Shown here piece after piece: positions 9,020 to 17,817 of a DNA stretch of 21,050 bases; position 1 is the stretch's first letter; the number at the start of each line of letters is the position of its first letter. The notes beneath the pieces were generated by a model, which saw only the letters and a program-made list of their open reading frames with translations, was not told the DNA's origin and did not search any database. The translations under genes and the position numbers were made by a program. Source of the stretch: a bacterium (GTDB lineage Bacteria > J088 > JAWLBW01); assembly GCA_041690355.1 (NCBI GenBank), contig JAWLHK010000020.1, positions 62,001 to 83,050 on the forward strand. Direction: 5' to 3'.

Positions 9020-9603
9020 GGCGCGGTTGAGGGGGCCGGCTCCTGCCGTGGCCGCAGCGTTGCAACGCGAAGCAGGACAGCGTTTCCGCCGCCGTCATCG
9101 GTCTTGATCACCTTTACCTGCGCCTTATCGACGACGAGCACCTGCGAGAACGTTCCCAGGTCAGGCGTGAGCGGGCCTGCGGGGGGCTCGATGCGTTTGA
9201 CCGTGACCGTCAGTACACCCTGATCGGGCCCGGAGACGGCGAGCTCGCCGCGGATCATCCCCGAACTGAAGAAGCGATGGGTAAAAAACAGGGCTTCACG
9301 CCCGAAGTCGATCCCGGCGGCATCGATGAGGCCCTGACATCGGTCGGCCCATTGCCTGGCCCGCGTCTCGGCCCCTTCGCCACGGCTGGTACAGGGGGCA
9401 CCCGCCAGCATCGTCTCCAGTTCGTCGCGTGTGGAGAGAAGGGTGTTCGCATGGGTCGAGGGGCAGAAGCATGCGGTCAGGGACGGACTGAGCCGGTACG
9501 CGTCTGAGGCGTCCGGTGCCCGGCGTTCCGAAGCGCTTCCGTCGAGGACGAGGGCCATCACCCCCGCGGCGACCCCGAGCTTCACTGAAAGACTCGATAG
9601 CAT
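9016..9603 (-). CDS. Hypothetical exported protein, weak resemblance to the PrcB C-terminal domain
   Basis: Hydrophobic N-terminus; IDFGREAL...SSG...LTVTV...TPD pattern; fills the gap between co-oriented genes. Confidence 0.6.
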   Translation of the reverse strand: MLSSLSVKLGVAAGVMALVLDGSASERRAPDASDAYRLSPSLTACFCPSTHANTLLSTRDELETMLAGAPCTSRGEGAETRARQWADRCQGLIDAAGIDFGREALFFTHRFFSSGMIRGELAVSGPDQGVLTVTVKRIEPPAGPLTPDLGTFSQVLVVDKAQVKVIKTDDGGGNAVLLRVATLRPRQEPAPSTAP

Positions 9604-9701
9604 GCGAATCGTTCCCCATGGTGTTAGCGCCCGGATAGTTTACCGGTTCGGCCCGGCGGAAACACGCGGCGACTGAAAGCGGAACCGAACGCGAGACGCC
9701 G

Positions 9702-10250
9702 TCAGAATTCGGCCTTCCAGAGACCGGGATAGTCGACCACGAAGCCGGCGTCGTTCGCCTGCAGGTCGGCGGCGTAACCGAACCGGGGCGCCTCATACCG
9801 GTACGTGCGGGCATCGCGCCGCTCATAGGACTGACGCAAACGCTCGAGGGTACCGCTCGCGATATCCAGCCACGCGACCGACACGTCCTGCACGGCGCCG
9901 ATCGGAAGCGCGAGCCGGCGCAGCTGGGTGAGGTTCGTCGCCGGCGTGAAGCCCAGGTCGAGATCATGGCAGCCGTTCAGCCCGGGAACGTCACGCCCGT
10001 TGAGCGTCCACAGACCCGTGCGGGCCCGCTCTATCCGGTAATCCACCGGTTGGTTGCCGATCCAGCCTTCGACGAGTCCCGTTTGCGTCTGCCACGATTC
10101 GTCGCAGTCGAGTGCGTAGCGAAGATTCGCCGGCACGCCCTGGTCACAGAAGACCGCGGCCCCTTCGAGGCGCCAGCCGCCGGGTGCAGACAACAGGCGG
10201 CAGGCATCGTGCCCCATCGAGTCGAGTCGGCGCCAGAGAATTGAATCCAC
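9702..10250 (-). CDS. Putative glycolipid-binding domain protein (DUF1089-like)
   Basis: ILWRRLD..GHDAC, DLDLGFTPATN and GFVVDYPGLW motifs; GTG start 6 nt after TGGTAAGAT. Confidence 0.85.
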   Translation of the reverse strand: MDSILWRRLDSMGHDACRLLSAPGGWRLEGAAVFCDQGVPANLRYALDCDESWQTQTGLVEGWIGNQPVDYRIERARTGLWTLNGRDVPGLNGCHDLDLGFTPATNLTQLRRLALPIGAVQDVSVAWLDIASGTLERLRQSYERRDARTYRYEAPRFGYAADLQANDAGFVVDYPGLWKAEF

Positions 10251-10460
10251 GGCCCCATCTTACCACTGCGGCCCGCCGGGTAAAGAACGAAATGGTGTAA
10301 GCAGGCTGGATCACCGGGCGTCCGGTCTGCCCATCCTGGCTGTCCCATATCGATACAGAACCCCCCGGGACCGCTACACGGGCCGCGCATTTCAAGCGGA
10401 ATTCGTCGGCTGGCACACCCTTTGCTGTGCAGAGAAGCAGGAATGAGGAGGCTGCCGGGC

Positions 10461-11270
10461 ATGGACGTTCGATGGAGACGAATCGCGTGGGTCTTGATTG
10501 TGGCTGCCGGCTGTGGAGCCGAGGAGCCCGAACCGGAGCCTGGGCTTTCGGCGGCGCAGCGCCGGTCGCTGCTCTCACTCTTCGCGCTGCAGGCGCGGGA
10601 CATGGGTGACCAGGCAGGAGACGGCTCTGCCGCGGCGGCTCCGTATCGCGCCTCGACGACGGTCAACTGCACGCCCCAGGAGCTGACCCCGCCGACGGAC
10701 TGCCCTGATGGCGGAAACATTTATTACACGATCGATCTCGGCTGTACGGGCCCGTCGCTCTGCTGCGGTCAGGAGCCACCTTGCACGGAGGACCTCTTCT
10801 CCATCGCCGGACTGGGAACGGTGCTTTACAACAACTGCACGGTGATCGACGACCAGGGCGGGCGTATCGTCGTCAACGGCTCCCTGCACGTCGGCATCGA
10901 CTCCGACACGCGGTTCACCTGTTCAGGCGTCTACGACTCGGAGACCGTAGTTCGGGTGAACGGCATGCCCACCGTGCAGCATAACGGACGCGAGGTCTGT
11001 CCGGGCCTCGTGACGCTGGAGGCGCGCGCGACGCTCGGCTACGAAGTGGTGACCACGGTCAAGGGTACCGTCTGCGGCGTCGAGGTCAGCGAGCTGTATG
11101 CCGAGGGGTGCATGGTGACCTGCGGCGACGGCGCCTGCTGCCCGGGCGGAACCACGTGTTCGACCTGCGTCAGCGGCTGCGTTCCCGAGGGCCATGTCGA
11201 CTGCTGCAATGGCAAGCACTGCCCGCCAGGCACGCAGTGCACCCCGGATGGACAGGCCTGCATGTTGTGA
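10461..11270 (+). CDS. Cysteine-rich hypothetical lipoprotein (269 aa)
   Basis: GAGGAGG SD before ATG 10461; lipobox-like AAGC; C-terminal CC/CPxGTxC repeats. Confidence 0.72.
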   Translation: MDVRWRRIAWVLIVAAGCGAEEPEPEPGLSAAQRRSLLSLFALQARDMGDQAGDGSAAAAPYRASTTVNCTPQELTPPTDCPDGGNIYYTIDLGCTGPSLCCGQEPPCTEDLFSIAGLGTVLYNNCTVIDDQGGRIVVNGSLHVGIDSDTRFTCSGVYDSETVVRVNGMPTVQHNGREVCPGLVTLEARATLGYEVVTTVKGTVCGVEVSELYAEGCMVTCGDGACCPGGTTCSTCVSGCVPEGHVDCCNGKHCPPGTQCTPDGQACML

Positions 11271-11492
11271 TTGCTTGAAGACGGATGTGAGAAATAACCG
11301 GAGAAGGAGGTAGAGATGCCACGCCAGACAGGAGATCGTTTCCGTCGATGACGCCGGTGCCGTAGGCCGGTGTGGAAGCCGGCCGCCGGAGTCAGGCGGC
11401 CTGCTCGGGGGGGTAACGGCGCATGGTAGACCTCGCTCAACGGTCCGGAGCTGCGGCTACCGGAATCGCAGATCCGTAAAGACCGGACATCC

Positions 11493-11639
11493 CACGCGGA
11501 GGCGCGGAGCCGCGGAGAGGAAAAGATTCGGAACGAGCGCGTTCTTTTTCGTAACGTGAGAACCGTGGGCTCACGTCCGAAAGAGGAATACGCTCTTGTC
11601 GCGTACTTGCTTCTCTCCGCGACTCCGCGGCTCCGCGTG
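11493..11639. repeat. 147-bp MITE/REP-like element with 27-bp terminal inverted repeats
   Basis: 11493-11519 matches the reverse complement of 11613-11639 at 25/27. Each arm is three CGCGGAG units with 9-bp periodicity, and there are internal hairpins. Confidence 0.8.
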
Positions 11640-11698
11640 CAATCGCCCTTTGCCCTTGCCGACTGCCCAGCGCCCAGAAACCAGCGTCCAGCGCCCGG

Positions 11699-12535
11699 TT
11701 ACCGCTTGCGGAACTTCAACGTCATCCGATCGCTCTCGCCGATGGCCGCATACTTCTCACGGTCCACGTCCTTCAGCGCGAACGAGGGGGGAAGCGTCCA
11801 GACGCCGCGCGGATGATCCTTCGTGTCGTTCGGGTTCGCATTGATCTCCGAACGATCCACCAGCTCGAAGCCCGCCTGTTCCGCAAGACGGATGACTTGC
11901 GCCTCAGAGACGTAGCCGGTGGGCGCCGTCGCATCCTCGGGGGCGCCGGCCGGTGCGCGGTGCTCCACGACCCCGAGAATTCCCCCCGGCTTGAGGGCCG
12001 TGTGGAAGGCGCGGAAGACTTCCCCGGCGGATCCGGCGCTCATCCAGTTGTGCACGTTGCGAAAGGTGAGCACCATGTCGGCCGACCCCGCGGGCGCAAT
12101 GTCGAGCGCCTTCGGCGGCGCGAAGTCGGTCACCTCGACCTTGCCGTACACTTCGGGGTTCGCCGCGAGCATGGCATCGAATTTCTTCCGCGAGTTCCGG
12201 AAATACTCCCGTTCGCTGTCGGCGGGGAAGTGGGCGGCGTAGAGCTTCCCCTCGTCCTTCAGGTAGGGGGCCAGGATCTCGGTGTACCAGCCGCCGCCCG
12301 GCGATATCTCGACGACCGCCATGTCGGCGCGGATGCCGAAGAACGCCAGGGTCTCGGCCGGATGCCGGTACCGGTCGCGCGTGCGGTTCTCCAGCGCCCG
12401 GTGTTCTCCGGCGACGGCTTCGAGGAGCTTCGCGTCGGGCTGCGCAGGTTCCGCGGAAGTCCGTGCGGACTCGGTGTGCGCCGTACAGGCGGCGAGGGCG
12501 AGGGCAGCGGCAACCAGTGCGATGCGTGCGTTCAT
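11699..12535 (-). CDS. Class I SAM-dependent methyltransferase (COG4798-like), predicted lipoprotein
   Basis: RDRYRHPAETLAFFG, VVEISPGGGWYTEIL, TFRNVHNW, LKPGG and GESDRMTLKFRK motifs; lipobox LAAC; GGAG SD. Confidence 0.9.
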   Translation of the reverse strand: MNARIALVAAALALAACTAHTESARTSAEPAQPDAKLLEAVAGEHRALENRTRDRYRHPAETLAFFGIRADMAVVEISPGGGWYTEILAPYLKDEGKLYAAHFPADSEREYFRNSRKKFDAMLAANPEVYGKVEVTDFAPPKALDIAPAGSADMVLTFRNVHNWMSAGSAGEVFRAFHTALKPGGILGVVEHRAPAGAPEDATAPTGYVSEAQVIRLAEQAGFELVDRSEINANPNDTKDHPRGVWTLPPSFALKDVDREKYAAIGESDRMTLKFRKR

Positions 12536-12636
12536 GCGGCGACTCCGTGATGCGGGTTGAAAAGGGGATCATACCCGCAGCGCGGGGCCGGCGGCTACGG
12601 AGATTGCGGAAAATTGAGGTGGCGAAACAGAGCGGG

Positions 12637-13059
12637 CTACCTTCCGAAATACATCGTCAGTGCATCGGCAGGTGACAGGATAGGAATGTCTTGGAAAGGA
12701 TGAAGGATAAGGAGATCACGGTCGCCTGTGACGATACAATCCGCATTGCCGAGGACCGCCGTTTCGAGAAACTTGTCATCATCGAGGTCACGGCACCCCA
12801 TCCGGCTTCCTGGAATGAACACGCGCTCCGAGACGGCGTCCAACTGTGCGAGGAACTGTTTTCGCAGTGAGACCGTGACGTAGGCGTCGAATTTTTTCTG
12901 AAGCAGACGATCGTGAAGTTCTGCTAGGGTCTCGTCGGAGAAGAGGAGAATGACCCGGGCGGACCGAAAGGCCTCCAGCAGCCTGGCCGGCGGTCCGGAA
13001 CCACGCAGCGACGCGCTGATGAGCACGTTGGTGTCGACGACGAAACGCTCAGCCTTCAT
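12637..13059 (-). CDS. PIN-domain toxin of a type II toxin-antitoxin system
   Basis: VVDTNVLISA, CRDLDDDKFLETA and IVTGDRDLL motifs; overlaps the antitoxin by 11 bp. Confidence 0.92.
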   Translation of the reverse strand: MKAERFVVDTNVLISASLRGSGPPARLLEAFRSARVILLFSDETLAELHDRLLQKKFDAYVTVSLRKQFLAQLDAVSERVFIPGSRMGCRDLDDDKFLETAVLGNADCIVTGDRDLLILHPFQDIPILSPADALTMYFGR

Positions 13060-13300
13060 CGTCGAGCAGGGCCTGGAGTGCCTTGTCCGTCAACCCTTTC
13101 CTGGCGGCGTGGGTTTGCATGGCCTGGACGGTTTCGCCAAGGCGATCCCAAGCCGCACCCCTCAGCCTCTGGTACTGCTCTTCGGAGAGGATTACCCCCG
13201 CAGAGCGCCCGTGTTTCGTGACGCGAACGGGTTCACGTTGCGCCCAGTCCAACAGCTGACCGAACTGGTTCTTGGCATCCCTTGCGCTCATTTCCTTCAT
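13049..13300 (-). CDS. Phd/YefM family antitoxin
   Basis: MSARDAKNQFGQLLD...PVRVTKHGR...VILS motif, directly upstream of the PIN toxin. Confidence 0.92.
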   Translation of the reverse strand: MKEMSARDAKNQFGQLLDWAQREPVRVTKHGRSAGVILSEEQYQRLRGAAWDRLGETVQAMQTHAARKGLTDKALQALLDDEG

Positions 13301-13301
13301 A

Positions 13302-13325
13302 TAGCCATTGTAGCTTTTTTGGCTA
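13302..13325 (-). promoter_or_regulatory. TA promoter -10 box with overlapping inverted-repeat operator
   Basis: TAGCCA (13302-13307) and TGGCTA (13320-13325) form an inverted repeat around TACAAT (13312-13307), which lies 6 nt before the ATG. Confidence 0.6.
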
Positions 13326-13468
13326 ATAAAGCGAAAGGCTGCTGGTTGTTATAGGGGCGGCCGCAGCGGCTCCCCTCGGCTGCCGGACAGGCCTCCGGGT
13401 CGCCCGATTGCTCACGAGCGGTTAAAATAAGCGACGCTTGTTTTTCGTTTCGTGCCCCCCGGTGCCCC

Positions 13469-15763
13469 ATGAAATTCCCTTTCGTCCGTCCGGTCTTCGC
13501 CCTGCTTCCCCTCGTCCTGTCCGGCGCCTGCTCGGCTGAACCTGCGACGCCCGCAGCGCAGCCCCCCTTCCGCGTCATCGAAGGGGTTCAGCAGCTGACC
13601 ATCGTCGAGGCCGAAGCCGGCCTGGCCGCCACCCTGTTCGACCCGAACGGGAAGGAGCTCATCACGCTCATCACGGATGAATTCGGGCAGGCGCATTTCG
13701 CCTATATTCCGAACGAGCCGACGACCTACCAGACCGGCGAGGGCGGCGATCTGCCGTCCTACGACGGGGCCACGTTGAAGCCGGGCACGGGATACACCTT
13801 CCGCACGGAAGAGGGAACCTACGGGCCCTACCGCGTGCTCGGCATCGACGATCATCCGCCCGTGGCGCTGTACGAGAAGCAGAGCCTGGGGCGGGGGATG
13901 AACTACATCGAGACCCGCGACGGAACCCTGCTTTCGGCGGCCGTCTGGATTCCGGATCCCCTGCTGTGCGGCGACGGTCCCTGGCCGACCATCGTGGAGT
14001 ATTCCGGCTACAGCCCCTCGAACCCGCGCGAGGCGCAGCCCGGCTCGATGATCGCCAACCTGATGCTCTGCTACGTGGCCGTGGGGGTGAACATGCGCGG
14101 CACCGGCTGCTCGGGCGGCGTGTTCGACGTCTTCAACCCCGCCCAGTCGGCCGACGCCTACGACATCATCGAAGTGGCCGGCCGCCAGTGGTTCACGCTG
14201 CACAACAAGGTGGGGATGGTGGGGCTCTCCTATCCGGGGATCACGCAGCTCTACGCGGCCGCGACCAACCCGCCGCACTTGGCCGCCATCGCGCCGCAGT
14301 CGGTCATCGAAGACCCCTGGCGGCAGGCCTGGCCGGGCGGCATCTACAACAGCGGCTTCACGCGCCAGTGGATCGAGGCCCGCGACCGCTATGCCGAGGC
14401 CGGCGGCGGCGACTGGGTGCGCAAGCGCATCGACGAGGGGGATACCGTCTGCGAGGCCAATCAGCAGCTGCGCTCGCAGAACGTGAACTTCAAGGTGTTC
14501 AGCGAGTCGCTTGACACCTTTCCGCCCGACGCCGGCGAGCGCCGCCTGTCGAATCTGGTGCCGCGCATCGACGTCCCCGTCTTTCTTACGGGCGCCTGGC
14601 AGGACGAGCAGACCGGGTCGCGCTTTGCGACCATGCTCGACGACTTCGAGAACGCGCCGGTCAAGCGCTTCACGATGTTCAACGGACGGCATCCCGACGG
14701 CTACCTGCCGCTGACGCTGACCCGCTGGGCCGAGTTCCTCGAATTCTACGTCGCGCGGCGCATTCCGGTCATCAGCCCGATTCTACGCGTCGCCCAGGAA
14801 GACCTCTTCGCGGCCATCTTCGACGCCGACGGGCTGCGCTTCGAGCCCGATCGATTTCTGTACTTCCCCGATTACGAGAGCGCGCTCGCGGCCTACGAAG
14901 CCGAACCGCCGGTGCGCATTCTGTTCGAGAGCGGCTACGGCAGCGACGTGACCGAAGCGCCGGTGGCCCGCTTCGAGCGCAGCTTTGCGAGCTGGCCGCC
15001 GTCGGCCGAGGCGAAGACCTGGTACCTCGGGCCCGACGGCACGCTGACCGACGGCGCGCCCGCTTCGCTCCCCGTGGGGGACGACGGACTGGACCACTAC
15101 CGGCATGACCCCGAGGCGGGGGACCAGAGCTACATTTACCACGACAGCCTTTTCCGCCTCGGCTGGGATTGGCCGTATGCGGGCGCGGGCTACGCGCTCG
15201 CGTACACGACGGCGCCGTTCGCCGAAGACACGCTCATCGTCGGCAACGGCGGGTATGTGGATCTCTGGTTCGCGAGCACGGCTTCGGAGGCGCACGTGGA
15301 GGTGAACATCCTCGAGGTGCGCCCCGACGGCACCGAGTTTCTCGTGCAGAACGGGGTCTTCGACCTGCGCTTCCGCAACGGCGTCGACGAGGCGCGCTCC
15401 GGCGAGTTCCTGGTGGAATACACGTATGCGGCCGACAGCGTTGCCGAGCTGGTGCCGGGCGAGTACGTGAACGCGCGGATTCCGATTCGGCCGTTCGGTC
15501 ATGCCTTCCGCAAGGGGACGCGGCTGCGCCTGGAGATCGACACGCCGGGGCGCGACCATGGCTTCTGGGAATACGAGAATCCGGCCTACGGCGATGAGGT
15601 CATTCACACGGTCGCGCGCACGCCGGCCAGGCCGACGAGCCTGAAGCTTCCGCTGATCACCGGCACCGACATTCCCGACGAGGCCCCGCCGTGCTACTCC
15701 CTGCGCGGCATCGTCTGCCGCGACTGGATGCCGCTGCCGAACACGACGGTGACGCTGGACTGA
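13469..15763 (+). CDS. CocE/NonD family alpha/beta hydrolase (peptidase S15-like), predicted lipoprotein
   Basis: TRDGTLL, GPWPTIVEYSGY, NMRGTGCSGG, nucleophile GLSYPG and C-terminal HAFRKGTRLRL motifs; signal peptide ending LSGAC. Confidence 0.9.
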   Translation: MKFPFVRPVFALLPLVLSGACSAEPATPAAQPPFRVIEGVQQLTIVEAEAGLAATLFDPNGKELITLITDEFGQAHFAYIPNEPTTYQTGEGGDLPSYDGATLKPGTGYTFRTEEGTYGPYRVLGIDDHPPVALYEKQSLGRGMNYIETRDGTLLSAAVWIPDPLLCGDGPWPTIVEYSGYSPSNPREAQPGSMIANLMLCYVAVGVNMRGTGCSGGVFDVFNPAQSADAYDIIEVAGRQWFTLHNKVGMVGLSYPGITQLYAAATNPPHLAAIAPQSVIEDPWRQAWPGGIYNSGFTRQWIEARDRYAEAGGGDWVRKRIDEGDTVCEANQQLRSQNVNFKVFSESLDTFPPDAGERRLSNLVPRIDVPVFLTGAWQDEQTGSRFATMLDDFENAPVKRFTMFNGRHPDGYLPLTLTRWAEFLEFYVARRIPVISPILRVAQEDLFAAIFDADGLRFEPDRFLYFPDYESALAAYEAEPPVRILFESGYGSDVTEAPVARFERSFASWPPSAEAKTWYLGPDGTLTDGAPASLPVGDDGLDHYRHDPEAGDQSYIYHDSLFRLGWDWPYAGAGYALAYTTAPFAEDTLIVGNGGYVDLWFASTASEAHVEVNILEVRPDGTEFLVQNGVFDLRFRNGVDEARSGEFLVEYTYAADSVAELVPGEYVNARIPIRPFGHAFRKGTRLRLEIDTPGRDHGFWEYENPAYGDEVIHTVARTPARPTSLKLPLITGTDIPDEAPPCYSLRGIVCRDWMPLPNTTVTLD

Positions 15764-15774
15764 GGGCCGCCCCC

Positions 15775-15818
15775 CGGCCCCCCTGTCGTCCCCCGTCCGG
15801 GGGACGACAGGGGGGCCG
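15775..15818. terminator. Perfect 20-bp GC-rich hairpin after the CocE/NonD gene
   Basis: cggcccccctgtcgtccccc-gtcc-gggggacgacaggggggccg, with no U-tract. Confidence 0.55.
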
Positions 15819-16057
15819 TGAGTGAAATCCGCGGGACGGCTTGAATTCCAGCTTGTCGTGAAGTCCGTGCTGTGCTCACCGACCCCAGTGGCGTCGCATT
15901 CCTCAGGCCGCGGTGGCAGCCGCAGGCGCGTGGGCCGGCGAATGCTCCGGGCTTGGGCGCCGCCGGAAGCGGCGCGTGGCGGGGGTGACCGGAGCGGAGC
16001 GTGGCGGGTGCCAAGGGCAATTGGGGAAGGGCCTTCTCTCGGTCGGGAAGCTTGGGG

Positions 16058-16150
16058 GGGTAACGATGAAGCTGAGCGGAACCAACCAGCTCACGCTGAG
16101 AGCCTACCACAAATCGCTACGGTTGGCTTCCGCTCGAGTTGGTGTTAGGC
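16058..16150 (-). other. attC site 1 (93 bp)
   Basis: Minus strand GCCTAAC-ACCA-ACTCGAGC-GGAAGCCAACC...GGTTGGTTCC-GCTCAGC-TTCATC-GTTACCC. R and L boxes and the extra base in L'' are present. The first spacer is 4 nt rather than 5 and the R' tail deviates from consensus. Confidence 0.8.
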
Positions 16151-16379
16151 ACAGGCATCGGCTGTTTTGGCCAGCATCACGAATCTCGACAAGTTCGCCG
16201 CATTTGGGTAGAGCAAGAGCCGACTGAAGTGTGGAACCGAGTAATCCCTCGTCCGTGCGTATAGGTATTCCGCAGCGCCACGCAAACCAGCCTGGGTGCA
16301 GGACCCGCGATATCACTGTCACTAGTCAAGAAACTCACGTATTTAACTGCCTTGCGAGTCTACTCAAGCACCACTTGGG

Positions 16380-17693
16380 CTAACCAAACTGGCGTTGTAG
16401 TTCCTCGTGTATATAGGTTTCAAGGGGAAAACTTACAAACGGAGCTATCTTCCTAAAGTCCTTCGACAGCCACCTCTCGACCTTCTCAACATCCTCAGCC
16501 CCCCAATCGTCCGACAACCAAGAGGCAGCTTCTTTATTTATCTTAGCCTTAACGTAGTCATCTGCCGTGCCCACGTTTTGCCGCAAGGCGCTTTTCGCAA
16601 GCTCAACTTGAGGATAGCCTGAATAACGATCACTAAGCACAAAGTCGGCGAATAGATTAAGTAGTTTACGTTGGGTCTTACCCAACAGATGGTCAAAGAT
16701 TGGTTCTGTAGCGCTTGCTAGTCGGTTTTCAACATCATAATCCGAGGCAGCGTTCTCCCACTGTGAGAGCAATCTCTTTTCGATCGTTTTCCTTTTGGAT
16801 TCGTCAAGCTTAGAGTAGGACGGAGCGAAAATATCCTGCAGAGATTCAAGCATCCTATGCTTAAATCCTTCTGAATAGTGATCGTAATATTCGGAAGTGA
16901 GACTAGTTTGCTCGGAACTCTTAAGAAGCTTAAAGATCTCTTGGAGAAGAACTTTAAGGTTCCGAGCCTTCCAGTCAGATGCATAGGTCTCTGTAGACAA
17001 CGAGTAAAACTTGCCAATTATTTCTTTGCCAAGTTCGACTCGCTCGTTTTCATCGAGTCTGGCGGCTATCTCGTCTAGGATGTTCTCCTTCCGCTCATCG
17101 GCTATAGCCTCTCTATATGCTTTAGTCACCTCTTGCGCTTGGGAAGCCGGAGTAGAGTCCACTTTCTGTCTATCTTGAATCCCTTGAAGAAATTCCTTTG
17201 TCGGATAATGAAGTATATTATCGAAGGACAGCTCCTCTTTAAGCTTTGCGAGGTATTCCTTCAACTTAAAGTCAATTGAAAACAAGTTGTCGATATCTTC
17301 GCCATGCATCACCATTACTGATTGCCGCCGGCCTCGGCGTAATGCATTCAAGAAATTCTCCGACAATGGTTCCTTGGAAAGAAAAAGACCTAGGGTACCG
17401 GTAAATTTGTTCTCGACTTTTCCGATAAACGAAAAAAGCTCTGACGCCGCCAAGCCGCTCTCCACCCACTTAACTTCTAGAAGACAAACAGTGCCATCAA
17501 GCTTTATCGCGCCGTCTATTTGCTCAGACTTGTTATCGGATGTGTAGTAGGAACGTTTAACCAGAAGCCGCGCCTCCTCAAAGATATCCAAAACCAAGTC
17601 TTCAAAAGCTCTACCCCTGGCTTGTGGATCAACCTTGCTAACCCTTTGCAGCTTGCCATATTGCTTAATAATCTCTGGCTTGGATCTTGTCAT
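16380..17693 (-). CDS. Mrr-like PD-(D/E)XK restriction endonuclease domain plus long helical C-terminal region
   Basis: RGRAFEDLV...EQIDG...LLEVKW...GLFLS motifs. Start uncertain: ATG 17693 or GTG 17777. Confidence 0.8.
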   Translation of the reverse strand: MTRSKPEIIKQYGKLQRVSKVDPQARGRAFEDLVLDIFEEARLLVKRSYYTSDNKSEQIDGAIKLDGTVCLLEVKWVESGLAASELFSFIGKVENKFTGTLGLFLSKEPLSENFLNALRRGRRQSVMVMHGEDIDNLFSIDFKLKEYLAKLKEELSFDNILHYPTKEFLQGIQDRQKVDSTPASQAQEVTKAYREAIADERKENILDEIAARLDENERVELGKEIIGKFYSLSTETYASDWKARNLKVLLQEIFKLLKSSEQTSLTSEYYDHYSEGFKHRMLESLQDIFAPSYSKLDESKRKTIEKRLLSQWENAASDYDVENRLASATEPIFDHLLGKTQRKLLNLFADFVLSDRYSGYPQVELAKSALRQNVGTADDYVKAKINKEAASWLSDDWGAEDVEKVERWLSKDFRKIAPFVSFPLETYIHEELQRQFG

Positions 17694-17817
17694 CGCCGGT
17701 TTACCAAAAGAATAGGGGGCTGTTTCATAACGGGCGGGCTCTAATACCTTGTTAAGTTGCCAACTTCGGTAGGCCACCCCACCTAGGTCAGCCTTTTTTG
17801 TGGGGCTTGCACGTTTG

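Noticed and set aside
8985-9098. N-terminal extension of the GST
   Set aside because: Overlaps the upstream gene and a good promoter; the GST fold starts at MPRPVVYH.
11699-17693. Methyltransferase plus nuclease as a restriction-modification system
   Set aside because: The methyltransferase is an exported COG4798-like enzyme without DNA MTase motifs and lies outside the array.
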